Of a DNA stretch of 64,000 bases, positions 63,257-64,000 are shown piece by piece. The position numbers and the translations under genes are program-made. The notes beneath the pieces are model-generated. The model was not told the origin of the DNA and searched no databases. It worked only from the letters and a program-made list of their open reading frames with translations. Each line of letters opens with the position of its first letter. Positions within the stretch are counted from its first letter, which is position 1. The DNA is from Bugula neritina (Eukaryota; Animalia; Bryozoa): contig OZ037765.1 of the NCBI GenBank assembly GCA_964035545.1, positions 18,228,995 to 18,292,994 on the forward strand, read 5' to 3'.

Positions 63257-64000
63257 CTAAAATCATCACCCACATGTATGCATAAATAAGAATTATAATA
63301 TAACTTTCTTTGAAGTTGAATGTAGAAGTAGTGTCTGCTCTGCATATATTAGTTTTAAAAAGGAATATTGATGCACAATACTCTACAGCGATATCTTTAT
63401 CAAACTTTTCGGTCATAAAGGAATCACAAATATTCTTATCTATGGTCTAAGGAACAGGAAGCATATTACAGTAATGCTAAGAAATATGAAATACCTTACA
63501 AGTGTTGTTTAATTAGTGTATAATGCATCTACTATTTCTTGTTATTATAGGTTATAGAGCATTAGCTTGAACTGCCTCTTTATAGAATCACCAACCATAA
63601 TCAGTATTAACTTAATTTATGATTTTAATTATTATTATTTACGGTGCTAATGCTTAGTGGCTCAGCAATTATCAATTAATTGAAGCATGTATTTTTACTT
63701 TCTTAATGCTTCCTAATAACCAGAAGCACAGGGAATGCAGTATATGGCAGAATTTCAATAGCCATATACTATGTAATTAGTGCTCTATATCATGTTAAAG
63801 TGCACTTTATACAGTGTAAAGCTTTATTTGAAGCACCATACCCTCCTTCCTGCCTCATTGTTGTGAAGGTTTACTATAGCTCTTTCATCCACACCAGTTT
63901 CTAAATTATCTATATACTGTTTAGATGCTTTTTCACCAAATACAACATTATCACTGCATCCTCCCCAATTCCAATCTTTATCACCTAAAATTATGCATGA

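Overview
AT-rich, gene-dense, intron-rich eukaryotic (metazoan) DNA. It looks like a compact lophotrochozoan-type invertebrate genome; a bryozoan is only a guess. Seven spliced protein-coding genes were reconstructed by hand: SMG1 (+, 5' end outside the window, stop 28686), SF3B6/p14 (-), RPL7 (+, head-to-head with SF3B6), beta-glucuronidase GUSB (-), NAE1/APP-BP1 (+), GOSR1 (-, with a clear U12-type intron) and the last exon of a Wnt8 (-). Introns carry an H/ACA snoRNA candidate (RPL7), several non-autonomous TIR/foldback elements, a tRNA-derived SINE family, a decayed RTE LINE and a probable solo LTR. Two signals stand out as unusual. (1) Drifting period-3/6 low-complexity tracts sit in the promoter-proximal first intron of four housekeeping genes and in none of the internal introns. 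(2) A 43-bp tandem array in SMG1 duplicates a 3' splice site five times, and every upstream copy leads straight into a premature stop. Exon boundaries and family assignments were read by eye and from memory; no database searches were run.
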